Of a stretch of 64,000 nt of DNA, positions 24,938 to 38,468 are shown piece after piece. The notes under the pieces are model-generated. The model was not told where the DNA came from and ran no database searches. It saw only the letters and a program-made list of their open reading frames with translations. Both the position numbers and the translations under genes were made by a program. Each line of letters opens with the position of its first letter. Positions within the stretch are counted from its first letter, which is position 1. This DNA comes from Podarcis vaucheri (taxonomy: Eukaryota), in assembly GCA_965113315.1 (NCBI GenBank), contig OZ220367.1; one strand, written 5' to 3'.

Positions 24938-27900
24938 TATATGCATAGGATTGCAGCCTTAAGTGCACATTCTGACTAAAATTAATGGAACTCAAAAGCA
25001 CCCTGCTTTTGCTGCCATGTGGCCTCTTTCTGAATATTCTGTTTTCCTAGTCATGGTGTGAAAATATGCAAGGCTTGAATTCTGCTTTCCCCTCTTGCAG
25101 TGCAAACCTCTTATAAATTCCCCCCTAGTAATTCTCAGCCACTCAACATCAGCTTTTTAATTGCCAAATCTGCTATTTCTTTCATTCCGCCCTCCTTATA
25201 TTCCTTCTGTTTTAATAACATTCATTACATCGAGTTATGCGGAAAACCCCTACATTTTATTTTTTACATTTGCAGAAGCTCAGAGCGATTGTAAGGATAA
25301 AAGAGGTTATTCAAGGATGCATCTGCCATCTGTTCATGCATGCCTTCTCTCACTACATGTTCTGACCTATTGGACACATTTTCTATTTAGAAGGAAAGGG
25401 GGAGGAGGAAAATGTTTATATGGGGACGGAGTGGGCGAAGGGAGACACTGGCAATTCTCTGATACCTTTGCGTAGAAATGCTACACTAAAAGATAAAATA
25501 GTAAACGCAGAGAAGACTGGGTTGTCACATAGACAGCATCAAGTATTCCCAGATTACTCACTGTATAAATTGATTATTTTATCGTGAATATCAGCAGAAC
25601 TCCAAGATAAGTGCCTTTTTCATATATCATTGAAGGAAATGTCAGACAGCTTTTGCTTATTATTGCAAGTTATTTGTCACAGGGTTGTTTTTGGTTATAT
25701 TTATCTATAATATACAAAACATTTCCTGCCATTCACTTCACATGCCCGCCAAGTGTCCCTATTTTCCACGGTCTGTCTTGGAATTAAAGAAGCCATCTCA
25801 GTTTCTGTATGATCCCGGAATGTCTCTGTTTTCCTTTTTATTCCCCTCCACATCTTGGAGAACAATTAAAAGTGGTGGAGAGATCAGGACTCCCTCCTGT
25901 CCTTTTTGGAAACAGGAGCCCTTGCTTGCGTGTGTGTGTGTGCAGGTGCAAAAATGGAAATAAAACGGAAAATAAAATACCTGCACCAGATGAAGGAAAT
26001 GGTGAAGCTGACATACAAAGCCCTTCCTATAATTTTGAAGAAAAATATAACCAATCCACTTTAATTATAGCACTTCAGCAACCAGCAGTTTTTCAGAAAC
26101 CTGTGAAGTGCTTATTCCTTCACTGTAAATTGAGCCTTACGCAGCAAGCCTTTACATGTCTACTCAGAAGTAAGAGCCACTGAGTTCAATAGAATTTACT
26201 CTCTGGCATGTTCCTGATCATTCTCACAATTTCTATTATTATTATTATTAATCATCCTTTTTCTGACAGGGATGTAAGGCAGCTAAGAGCTAAATTTTTA
26301 TTTCATTCCATTTATCTGTTGAAGGTGTTGTGCATGAACCCTTCCCTCACACATTTTTTCTTTACAACGATCCTGTGATGTAGGTTGGGCTGAGAGGTTG
26401 TAATTGGCTCAAGACGACAGATGTATATGAGTATATTTCATATATGTGTGAGGGAGATCAAATATGGGAGAAGCTTCCTGGTGTAGAATAGAATGTCCCT
26501 GTTTTTATCTGAGAAACCTTGGAGGGTATAATTTCATCCCCCCCCCCATGTACCAGATGGGCAGCCAGTGTAGCTGTTTTAACAATGGTGACATCAGCAG
26601 GCTGGTGGCCGCATTCTGCACCGGCTGCAGCTTCTGGATGAGGCCCAAGGACAGCCCCGCATGCAGCATATTGCAGTAATACGGACTCTTCCAGTGAGAC
26701 AAGATTATGTACTTGAAGCCTTGAGAGTTCCCAACTTGGATGGCTTCGGTTCTGTTCCCGTTGATTTTGTGCCCCTGATAGGCATTCCAAAGTCCTTGAT
26801 TATCCTCTGCCAACACATCAGCCCAAACTCCAGTAGGTTATGCATTAAACCACTTGAAGCTTGCAGTCCACAACTGTTCACAGCAGCTGGGGGAGCAAGC
26901 GTATTAGTTCATGTCACTGAGTCATGCAATGAGAACAGAAGAAAACAGATTTTAAAATTTGAAGGCTCGCTAAAGATAAAAACTAGGAAAATCACCAGCA
27001 AATCCAAGGGGCATTCCTCTCTCACAGCAGTGTGCCATGCATTTTTAAAGATGTTAAACAAATATTTCTGTTTGTTTGGGGTTTTTTTTACAGCAAAATC
27101 CCTCCCTTCCACTTTCCGCGGCTGGTGTGAATTGTCCCTTCCTGGCCTTTCTGAACACATCTAAGTTAGGGATGACTTATTTGCCATGACAGATTTAAAT
27201 ATTTTACTAGATGTCTGTATAAATTATGAGGGCCCTAAACTTTTACACAATGCATTTTACAGAGGCACTATAGAAGCCACTGAGCATCAGATGGGACATA
27301 TGCCAAAAAGTAATTTATTGAGACACCGGGGTGTGCTTAAGGCTTTTGTCATCTGGAAACCAAAGGTGTGATAACTTCAATATATCACTTGTCTTTAACG
27401 AGACATAATATTATAGCAAATGGGTGCCCAGCCACAGATGGTGAGCAGTTGTCTATAATCAAATGAAGATCAATGTCTCATCCAGAACTGGACTTACTGA
27501 TTGTGCTAGTTGTACGAGGCGAGTATCAGAAGGAAGGTAGCAAAAATACGAATGCACTAGGACAGTTCCCACAAATAAGAGGGCTGACATGCTGGCTAAT
27601 GATGATAAATGCTTTTCCTCAGTATTGCGGGTTTATTCATCTTTCTGAAACTATACAGCGGGAATAATAAAATTGTACAGCCTCCGAGATGGCTGTCAGC
27701 CAGCAGTTTGTCAGCCACCAGTTTCCCATAAATATGTATATTAAAAAATGACACCGAAGTCACGTTGACTAGAATTGTTTCCAAACCTACTGAATGTTTG
27801 AGAAATTGGATTGTTAAAAAATAATATACCATACCAATAAATATGAAACATCACACCTGCAAGATGGGGAAAGAAAAAGAAGGTCCCCTTGGTGGGACTT

Positions 27901-28055
27901 AAGTTAGTCATATGTCAAGCCCTGCTTCCAGGACAGCTCTCAGAGCCCAAGATTCAGGGTTGGCCCATCCCGATTCTCTACCTGAGGCACAACAGTAAGG
28001 TCCCCTGTCCTCTCCCCACTGCCTTCTCTGAAGTCTCACTTACTTTGGTCACATG

Positions 28056-28300
28056 TGTTAAGATGACACAGCGATTCTTCAGACAGCTCTTGTTTATTCA
28101 CAGGCCAGAACAGAACTGTACTGAAGGGTTCAGCCAATTTGCTTATATAGAGCTCAACTACAAAGCAACAGTAACAACTTTCTGTAACTATCCAATCACT
28201 GAACGTCACTTTCAATTTTTTATTTGCATATGCGGACCTGAGTGAAGACTATCTCCAGTATCCCCCTGCTGGCCCAGGGTGAGAACTTCAGTACATAACA
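28056..28300 (-). mobile_element. Solo LTR of the same family as 5317-5577
   Basis: Reverse-complement homologue of 5317-5577 with a ~19-bp internal deletion, TG...CA ends and a perfect 5-bp TSD ACATG (28051-28055 / 28301-28305). Confidence 0.88.
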
Positions 28301-30062
28301 ACATGGCTGCAATTTTAAACAATGTACAGCAGTCACACAATCAATCAATCAATCAGTAGCTGAACTAGGTTCCACAGTCACAAAAACAAAAAAAGAGCTG
28401 CCGCAAAAACAAAAACGCAAAATAAATAGCAAAAACAGACAGACCTCAGTGTAACACTCAAAACAGAAGTGTGGCACTCAAATTGGAAGCATAACACTCA
28501 AAACGGAGCACATTCAACTTCTGAAAAAAGTTTGCAATCCCGAACACTTACTTCCGAGTTTGCAGTGTTTGGGTTCCAAGTTGTTTGAGCACCAAAGTGT
28601 TTGAGAACCAAGGTACCACCACTGTATTAGGCTGTCTTGCTGCAGGCTCCTCACTTCCTCTTCCTTCGTCTGTGCGTTACCTGCCTCTGCTTCTTGCCCT
28701 TTGCCCCCTCTGGTGTATGACTTAGCTTTTTTTTGGTCCTCTGACTCCCACCTTACTTGTAATCAACTTGTAGTGTTCCAAGTCCCTGTGTTTGGGCTCT
28801 TCCAGTGTCAGCCCCTCTCTTATATAGTGCATCAAGCCATTCTGCCACCAGAGTCTGGTGGCTGCCTTTGATGTAGCCACAGTGCACTCAGGCTAGAAGT
28901 GGGATGCTGTGGAGGCTTGCAGCATCCTTATCCATCTTCTTGCAGAACAATTGGCGTTTTCAGTGGGACCTGAACTTGGTCTGCATCCAACTCAATGTAA
29001 ATTTCTCCCCCAAATGCTGTCTTATCTATGTAGCTGAGGACTTTTAAAAGCAAGTATTGAATAAACTTAGCATTTTAAGTAAATGGCTTCATAGAAAACA
29101 AAGGCTGGAAGAAAGAATAGGTGGTTATAATTTTCTCACAGGAGACAGGTAAAGTGCCTATTCTGAGGCAATGTTTTGTAGAAATGGTCGACCAGATCTC
29201 TGGAGTTCCATTATGCAAAATTCTGACACTAAGAATCCCAAAGCAAAAATGAATATACAAGAGCTTCAAACCCAAAGTACGCCGGCACCTTCTGCAAGAC
29301 AATATATGAGGGAACGTATTTCATTTTACATAACCTCTATGCGTCTCATTTTAATAGACTATTATAGGCCTATATACCCTGATAAGACAAGACCTGCTGT
29401 TATTGTGTAGGGAAACCAGACAAATGAATCAAATCCATTTAAAATTATAAATAACATAAAACTATTACCTCTAGAAAGTGGTAAGATTTTAATCTTCTGC
29501 TGCTGTTACAAGCACACCAGTGCCCTCGAGAATGTCTGCCTTTCTCAAGTCTGTTTTTAATCCAAATTTATTGACATACTAAATCCTCTATAAACAAGCT
29601 ATTGCAACTGTCTTCAATCTTTCATGTTTGTTGTTGACAACGTGTTTTTGTTTTAGTCAATTTTATTTTGTTTTTGCTTCCTGTGATAAATTGGAGAACT
29701 GTGCCACATAGAGTCAGTGGACAGAATGGGAATAACTAAACCTATAGAAAAGCAATAGTTCCTTGCTGCAGATTAATTTGCAGCAGAAAGAGACACGGTC
29801 TTTCTACCTTTGACACTGGTGGACAGTGTGGTTGTTGGCTTCAGTAAGGAGCCAACTCACCATATGACTTGAATGCTGAAATAATGTGGAAGCAGCAATA
29901 GACATCTACAGGCTACATTCCAACCAGTAGCAGACAGCACAGTAGGTTCTGCGCTGCTTACCTGACCTCCCTCTGCCCAAGTCACTGATGTATACCTGCA
30001 TAGAGAAGGGAAGGGACAATACGACAGCGAGGTCAGTGTGGTGCAAATGTGCTGGTAGAAGC

Positions 30063-31884
30063 ATTCCATTGGCTCTACTGGTGCATTTGCACTGTGCTGA
30101 CCTTGTCACTGCTTCCCTCCCTTTCTCCAACCTGGGATTCAGCTAGAGAGAGGTCACGTAAGACCCATGGCACCACCCTCTTCAGATAACACCTTCAAAA
30201 AAAGTTGAGATGCATAGGAAGGCAGCTGTCTCATGAACCTTCAAAATTTCTCTACTTGAAAATTTACATAAGTGAAGACTGGGGCCATCCTGAGTGGAAG
30301 GTGAGGCCTAAACTGGATCCTCCATCCTTCAAGAATTTGACTGATACTGTCAAAACCAACCGTACTATTCATCCATAAGGGATGTGTGTGGATTGAACAT
30401 GTAGCCATGGGTGTCAGGAGTGCGTGCAGGAGCCAGGCCTGTGACCAGTAGGGCTTCGCAGGACTGGGGCCTTCCTAAGTTTTCTCTGGAGAGGCAAGGC
30501 GCGGCCACACAGGTGAGGCCACTTGGTAACTCACTGCACCTGGCGGCAAGAGCCGGGAAGGGATATAAGGTCAGCATTTCCCTTCGGCTCTTTGCCACAG
30601 CAACATGTTTCCTGCCTTGCTGCATTTGGCATCTTGCTTCCTGATCCTCAGACTTTGGTTTCCTGACTCCCTGCTTCTTGATCCTTGGACCCTTGGCTTT
30701 GTGACTCTGTGCTTCCTGACCCTCGAACCCCTGGCTTCTGGACTCTCGTTCCTGCTCCCACCCCGCCATCTTGCCCCCCGTCCCGACGTCCTCAGCCAGG
30801 ACTTCGATTGCCCGTAGACTGGACCGTGACAATGGGTATCAGATTTATATCCATGTCCCCCCCCCGTTTTTATCCTAGGCAGCATGTTTTATGCATGCAA
30901 ATTGTGAGTCTGCTTTTGCAGATTTCTTTGGAGGATGAAGACTATCTAGTATTGTCAGTGACTAGCTCTGTTGTGCGAAGTGGATGTAGACTTTGAAAAC
31001 TGGATCAAGGAGAGTCAAATTTAGATACCTCCTATACAATAGACATTCTGCATGGCTGAGCAAATCAGTCTCCTCCGTTCACAAAGCAGAAGCATCAACA
31101 ACCACCTCGCAAAGTTGTTGTGAGACTATATGATTAAGAGGTTTACTGCAAAGCTCTTAGAAGTGCTTTTACGTATGAAATTTATTTAAGAATGTGTCTA
31201 TGTACAAGAATCCGATATTGTTACTTGCAATTAGGGAACATTTCTCGAGCAAGCGTCATGGGATATCAGTCACAGAATGGCTGCCGTGGAGGAGTGTTAC
31301 AATACAAAATGGCTGCAGTGGGGCTTGCCATAATATAGTGGCTGCTACATCTTAAACAAAAAACCCAAAATCACACACAGAGGGAAGAGGACTGGAAGAA
31401 GTTTAAAGTTTATCTACAAAAATATTGTAAAATTTATGAATGTTGAAGGCTCTGAAAATGAAATGAAGGGGTTCTAGCAATTCCATTGGCTCTACTGGTG
31501 CATTTGCACTGTGCTGACCTTGTCACTGCTTCCCTCCCTTTCTCCAACCTGGGATTCAGCTGGAGAGAGGTCACGTAAGACCCATGGCACCACCCACTTC
31601 AGATAACACCTTCAAAAAAAGTTGAGATGCATAGGAAGGCAGCTGTCTCATGAACCTCTTAGAAGTGCTTTTACGTATGAAATTTATATAAGAATGTGTC
31701 TATGTACAAGAATCCGATATTGTTACTTGCAATTAGGGAACATTTCTCGAGCAAGCGTCATGGGATATCAGTCACAGAACGGCTGCCGTGGAGGAGTGTT
31801 ACAATACAAAATGGCTGCAGTGGGGCTTGCCATAATATAGTGGCTGCTACATCTTTAAAAAACCCCAAAAACCACACACAGAGA
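30063..31884 (+). repeat. Local direct duplication with structure A-X-B-filler-A'-B'
   Basis: A (30063-30240) matches A' (31480-31657) with 2 mismatches. B (31156-31384) matches B' (31658-31884) with about 2 mismatches before the A-rich end. Confidence 0.92.
30412..30831 (+). mobile_element. Solo LTR (third family)
   Basis: TGTCA...TGACA inverted termini, perfect 5-bp TSD ATGGG (30407-30411 / 30832-30836), TATA-like GATATAAG near 30562 and a pyrimidine-rich repetitive 3' half. Confidence 0.82.
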
Positions 31885-32372
31885 GAGGCAGGGGCACAAA
31901 ATGGTGCAAGCATGTGTGCGCTCTCTCTCTCTCTCTCCCTCCCTCCCCCCCCCCGGTCAGGGAAAAAGTACCTATGTCAGCTACCACTGCAGTTACTCAC
32001 AGAGAGAAGTGTTTTGACTTTTCTGTTCAGAACAGATGGGAGAATAGCTGTCCAATCCTGGCATCCAATGAAATGTGGTCATGTTTAAGGAGTTGCTCTC
32101 ATTGTAGATGAGGGCGAGTCAATGCAAGGGGTAACTGAGCAGGAAGTGCAAAGAGTCTCTCATGCATTGTGATTTTTTTGGGGGGTGGGGTGGGGTGGAA
32201 TACTTACTGACAACTTTCACAGGAATCATAGGACATACTGGTGGGCACATTAGTACCGACGGGCACCACAGTAGCAACCTCTGTTCAAGGGATAGCGGCT
32301 GCTTCCTTCAGATATTTTTCACCATTCCATTCACTGTTCTAACTTGCAGTAACAGGACATCAAAGCCCTATA

Positions 32373-32587
32373 CAGTGGTACCTCAGGTTAAGAACTTAAT
32401 TCATTCCAAAGGTCCATTCTTAACTTGAAACTGTTCTTAACCTGAAGCACCACTTTAGCTAATGGGGCCTCCTGCTGCCACCGCACAATTTCTGTTCTCA
32501 TCCTGAGGTAAAGTTCTTAACCTGAGGTACTATTTCTGGGTTAGCGGAGTCTGTAACCTGAAGCGTCTGTAACTTGAGGTACCACTG
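32373..32587. mobile_element. Tc1/mariner-type MITE (CAGTGGTACCTC family)
   Basis: TA TSDs and TIRs. Confidence 0.88.
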
Positions 32588-35500
32588 TATAGAAGGGTGA
32601 TAAATTCTTGCTCCCCCAATGTTGGTCTTGGTCATGCCCCTTGCTAGTTTTTTTAGGAGTCACCTCTGAGGGCAAAGAGGGTGAGCACTTGCCATCTTAA
32701 CTAAAGGTTATTGAGAAGGGAGCCTACAGAACAGCAAAGAAAGACACTTTGGGAGCAAAGGCAGTGGCAAAGTGACTAGGAGGTTTGAAGGGGCTGGTCA
32801 GAAAAGCACAGACCTGCTCAAACTAGGACACAAAGCCCACAATAGAAAGATGTAATAGGTTTCTTGTTACTTCATTATTTAATAAGTGCAGCAGCTGAAC
32901 GACAGCAACGTGACTGGAGTAATGCCCTTTCAGAGCAGCAGAACAATTCCTGGCAAGAGTCAGAGTCGTTTCAGTTGGAAGGTGAGGGATCAGGAACTTG
33001 GCTACGACAAATCCCTTCATTTCAATGGGGACCTGCCAATTCTGCCAGCTGTCACTCTATCCCAGTTGTAATTCAAGCCACTTAAGTCCTCGGTTCGGTG
33101 AGAAAATGAGCATGTTTAGCTAGGAAAATATTTCTACTGATCAGCAAGTCAGTGCTCCACTGCTGAACGTTGTTCCTCTTGTTCATCAGGCTCTGCCTAA
33201 TATCACTGTCAGTCGCATTGGCTTCAAATTACCACTGGGATGAACTGGCAGTTGGTGTAATTGGCATAGCTCTATTGAAATAAAAGGATTTGCAGCACTA
33301 GCCAAGGAGCTGACCTGTAACCTTTTCCATATGCAGAGAGACTCTGTGTGCTATATCTAATTACCTATACTTTGGATAAGAGCTGGCTGTTAAAGACAGT
33401 AGGTCAAACAAGGGCCATAGGAATCCAACAAAGAAGATCCAAAGAATGTCTATAAGAGTCTTGATGGACTTTGATCATTAGGCAATATAGGAGAGGTTGC
33501 TTGGCCTTTACTAAAAAGCCAACCTTTGTAATCTTGTCTGCCTCTGGAAAACGTGCAAGGTCAGCCTGAATAGTTTGCATAATATATAAATACAACATTA
33601 CTTCTATGAAAATAAAGGCACCTCATATTAGAAATGCGTTCATCCTAAGGGCGGTTCCAGATGGGGAAATAGGTTATTGGGAATATTGGAAAATACTCAA
33701 GGTAAAGTCACTGAAGTCCTGTGATACAGATTTTCCAAGTTAGCCTTGATAAAATACATATTTTATAACTTGGTTGCTTGTCTAGAAATGCTCAAAGTCA
33801 AAACAGGTGGAGAAGACAAGTAACAGAGAGACTCAAGAAAGACTTCAGGGTGACAGTGGCCTCCACTTCTTCCTGCAGTCTTCACTTACTCAGCATTTTA
33901 CCATAGGTCTTAAATGACCTTGGCAGAACTGCAGGGATAATATTTTCACATGGGTGATCTGTTTGTGACTTGTGAGTACTGTCTTCTGCAAAGTAAGCAC
34001 AAATTGCCTTTTTTTTTTTAAGCATCAGGAATACAGGACTTGTCACGCAAGAGATGGCAGTGGCACGAAGATTAAGAAGAACATTTGCTGCCGAAATGTG
34101 GAAGAGGCAACATCAATGCTAGTAATATGAGTTGTGAGAAGGGGCGTGTGGTTCCAGTGTCTAAACAAGCAGATCCAAGCAATGTACTGCATTTTTCCCA
34201 AAGACAGATGGAGCCAGTCTCCCATTTTGGGCATGGAATACTTGTGTTTGAGGTCTTCCAACTTTTCACTTTGAGACTGTACATTAATGGTGGCTGGTCG
34301 CTGTTGTGAGCTATCCAGAGTAGTGTTTAAGAATAGGCCCCTCTGCAGTATACATCTGAAGCAGTATCATAGCACGTTACACAGTAAGGGCTTCTCCCAA
34401 AGCATCTTGGAAACTGTAGCTTGTTACAGGAGTTGAGAGTTGTTAGGAGACCCCTGTTTCCCCCACAGAGCTACCGTTCTCAGAGTGGTTTAACTATCAA
34501 CCCCTTTCCCCCAGGAACTCTTTCAGAGACTTAACAGTACTGAACATTCATGGTCTTCCATGGGAAGGGATTTCCCAAAAATCCAGACAAAGCTCTCCTC
34601 CTTGCCTCTGCAAATGACATGACATACCGTATGGAGTGGGAAGCATCTTACAAGCCTGCCCATTGTGGTAGGAAGGAGGAGGCTTGCAGAGGGGAACTTG
34701 TGGCCCTCCAGATGTTGTGGACTACAACTTCCACCATCCCTATTAATTGGTCATGTTGGCTGGGATTGATGGGAATTGGTGTCCAACAGCACTTGGAGAC
34801 TCAAAAGGCCCTCCTCCTTACTGTATACTCTCCTGGAGAAATCTATGCTGCCGATATAAAGAATGAGGGAAAATACTGAGCCATTAAATTCAAATTAAAC
34901 CTTTTCTCATTAAGCATTTATCGGAAATCAAATTCACCAAGTCTTTATTTCTCCCATCTAGCTGCATTATGAACATTGTCTTCTGGAAGGTGAACTTGGT
35001 TGGGAAGGATCAATCTTCTGAATTTTGCATACAGTTGTTTGCTCTTGTGCCATTGACTAGAACTGCAATTTAGCAGCTCCATATTCACTCAATTATTTCT
35101 CTGTGGGCTCTAGGTGGGAATTGTTAATGATTTTCTCAATTATGTCAATGAACAATGTAAGTGGAATGTCAATAGAGGCGTCATCTGTTGCACAAAGGCA
35201 AACCTCTTTTTATCTCTTTAAAAAAGTTTATATTCACTAATTAAATTCCTGGAAAAGTTTTATTTATTTTAGAAACAGCATAAGTTTCTGGATTAATTTG
35301 ATTGAGAGCAGAGGTCTGAGGTAGTTGCATGGAGAATGCATTTATGAAAATTCAGCCATGACTCTGGCATCTAAAGATGCCTTTGTTGCTGAGTGCCAAG
35401 AAAAAAGGTTTCATCTTACATAGCACTGTGCTATGTAACCTGTTAGCTGTGATGTAAGGGCACACTTTCAGATGACCCCCAAAACGAATGCTGAGACAAA

Positions 35501-36790
35501 ATGCAAGGGAGAGGGAGATTTCTAACCTCAAAGTGCTCCAGGGATGGAGAATCATTGGGCTGTTGTTGGACTACATACAGCTCTTATCAACCCCATCCAG
35601 CATGGTCAGTGGTCAGGGATGATGGGAGTTGTAGTCCAATATTGGCACCGTATTGGCTACTTCTGTTCTACTGGAATATTTTGTGGTTAAAGCATTCAGT
35701 AGCATGGCAATTCCAATAGTAAGCAAAACTTGGTAACAAAGACCACAAGACTTAAATAGCAGAGTCCTCCTTTGGTCAGAAGAAGCTATGGGCAAAACCA
35801 GCTGCCACAACAACAAAATTAGGACAGGGATTTTTGTTTCACCAAGGTACAAACATATGAACACAAGGAGAAGCTGCGGGATCAGGCCAGTGGCCCATTC
35901 TAGTCCAGCCTCCTCTTCTCACAGTGGCCAAACAGATGCTTTCTGACAAGCCACATGCAGGACCCAAGCATAAGACCACTCTCACTTCCTGAGGTTTCCA
36001 GAAAGTGGTATTTAGAAGCATTACTGAATCTGACTGTGGAGACAGAGGATATCCATTGTGACCAGTAGCCTCCATGAATTTGTCTAATCCTCTTTTAAAT
36101 CCATCCGCTTAGTGGCCCTCACTGCTTCCTTTGGGAATGAGTTCCATAGCTCAACTGTAAGCTGCATGAAGAAGTATGCCGGGGAATTTTGAGGGGGAAC
36201 AGCCCCTTCCTTGATAATTTTGTGCCCCCCCCCCCGATGGTGTGCCTGCATGAAGATTGCCACCCCCCACTACTCTGCATTGGGTTAAACCAATCAACTC
36301 AGAATGGTTATCTTATTTTCTTCTCCTTCCTGATATAGATCAGGAGGCATGCATTAAAATGTGTACTGGAACATTGCAGATTTTTGCTCTGCCAATTTTA
36401 CAGTGGTCCAGCTGTAAGATTCTTCTCTCTCCCTGCATGAATTTAGTCACTGATAAACATCATGAAAGCAAATAATTATTAGAAGCTGCCCCTTTGTGAG
36501 GTTTTAGAAAGTGATATGCATTTCAGCTTTTTTGCTGCCCTCTTTGAAGGTTGATAAAGTAAGCTATTTAATTATGGTGGGCAACCTCATAAAGCAAAAT
36601 TCAATGACCTTTTATTCACCCTCACCCTGGTACATCCCTGTCATTCAGCTGTTATACAATCTGTACATTTTAGCCCTGGAGATAGAAGTCAGTGAGCAAA
36701 AAACCCCTACTTTTCCAACTATTTTTTGTCATCTCTAAAAGGGCTTCCAGACTTGAAAGCATACTGGGAGCATTCTCCCTTATAAAAGTA

Positions 36791-37021
36791 CAGTGGTACC
36801 TCTGGTTATGTACTTAATTCATTCCAGAGGTCCGTTCTTAACCTGAAACTGTTCTTAGCCTGAAGCACCACTTTAGCTAATGGGGCCTCCCACTGCTGCC
36901 GCGTGATTTCTGTTCTCATCCTGAAGCAAAGTTCTTAACCCGAGGTACTATTTCTGGGTTAGCGGAGTCAGTAACCTGAAGTGTATGTAAGCTGAAGCGT
37001 CTGTAACCCGAGGTACCACTG
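36791..37021. mobile_element. Tc1/mariner-type MITE (CAGTGGTACCTC family)
   Basis: TA TSDs and TIRs. Confidence 0.88.
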
Positions 37022-38314
37022 TAGTCCAGTCACATAAATCTGTTTTGAGATTGCCCTTTATCTCACCTCATGGTCCCATGGCCAACTAGAGCTTGTTCCA
37101 ACCTTTTCTATCACTTACCTGAGGGATGTCTGAAAGCTACAATTTCTTTTCAACCTTGAGTTGAAAACTTTGTTGGGATTCCAACATTCAACCTTCCACT
37201 ATATCAATTTTGCATAACTTTAGTGGGATGAACATAAAATGCTTAACCCTACTCAAATCACAGTTGCCATTAACATGAATGCAATTTTAGATTGTAAAAG
37301 AGAGTTCCACCTGATTTTCATGGTTAGCGTGGATTAACTGCATTCACTTAAAAAATCAAGCAGTGAATGCTGTTAATTTGCTAAATCTATCAAAAACATG
37401 CTTTCAACCACCATTGTACGCACTGAGGGAAAGTTAATGAATGAATTTGTCAATTCATCAGTCACCTGTGAGCAACATCTAGCTCAGTTATTCCTTTTGT
37501 AAATGTACAGCTGTACCTTTTGTATAAAACTCCTAGAGCAGGGCACAATTCAGAATCAATAAAGCATATACAGTAAAGCTCAAAATAAAGACAATGGAAA
37601 CATCATAAAAGTAGCAGCCATAAAATAAGTAAGATCAATAAAATCCATCTGAGCCAAAAATCTCAAGAAAGCTGTGCAGAGATTTGATACCATTCCAAGC
37701 AAAACATCAGTTCACTATATTCTACCCTCAGCGAGAACAGAAGGTGAAGAAGAGCTAGCAACAAATTTTTTTGACACCAGGAGCCAGATAAAGCAGAAAT
37801 GAAAGATCACACTAGTCCATTCCACCCTTCAAAGCAGAATGCACCTCAGACATTAAAAAAGAATCAAGAACCCAACATTTTTCCTGGTTCCCGCTTTGCA
37901 GCTCTTTTTTGTCATAGCTGGAGAGTAGACTCACCCACAAAAATCTCTGAGATGCACAGCTGTGACCACTCAATCAAAACTTCGCAACTTTGCAGTCTAT
38001 AACCTGCCCATTTTCTGAAGCAGAAAAGGGAACACGTGATAATATATAAACCAAGCGGCTGGGGAAACATTGTGGTCAGAGGTCATTTTCAGTCAGCTAC
38101 ATGCCTACAGCTGAAGGCCACCTGCAGGATCACAACCATCATTCCCTAGACCTGGGAGGATGCCGGCTAGGTCGCCTCCCTATAAAAGAAGTATGCACTC
38201 AGCATCACACTTGGTAGAGCAGGAGGAAAATGGGGGGTCCCCCACCCCGCTCCCCAGCAAGGGGAAATGGCAGGTTATTTCAGATGGTTGATTTGGGTGG
38301 CATTCCTATTTGGT

Positions 38315-38468
38315 GCCAGTGTGGTGTAGTGGTTAAGAGGGGTAGACTCGTAATCTGGGGAACCGGGTTCGCGTCTCTGCTCCTCCACGTCCACATTTGG
38401 GTAGTGATAAAGCAGGATATCAAATCCAAACTTCTTCTTCTACTCCTCCTCCTCCTCCTCTTCTTCCT
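38315..38468 (+). mobile_element. tRNA-derived SINE, internally deleted copy
   Basis: Head joined directly to the tail and a (CTT/CTC)n repeat. Confidence 0.78.

Noticed and set aside
35545-35650. Short palindromes tggactac...gtagtcca as miRNA-like hairpins (also at about 545-625, 8060-8175, 34690-34800 and 56085-56215)
   Set aside because: Multi-copy decayed palindromic MITE relics common in squamates.
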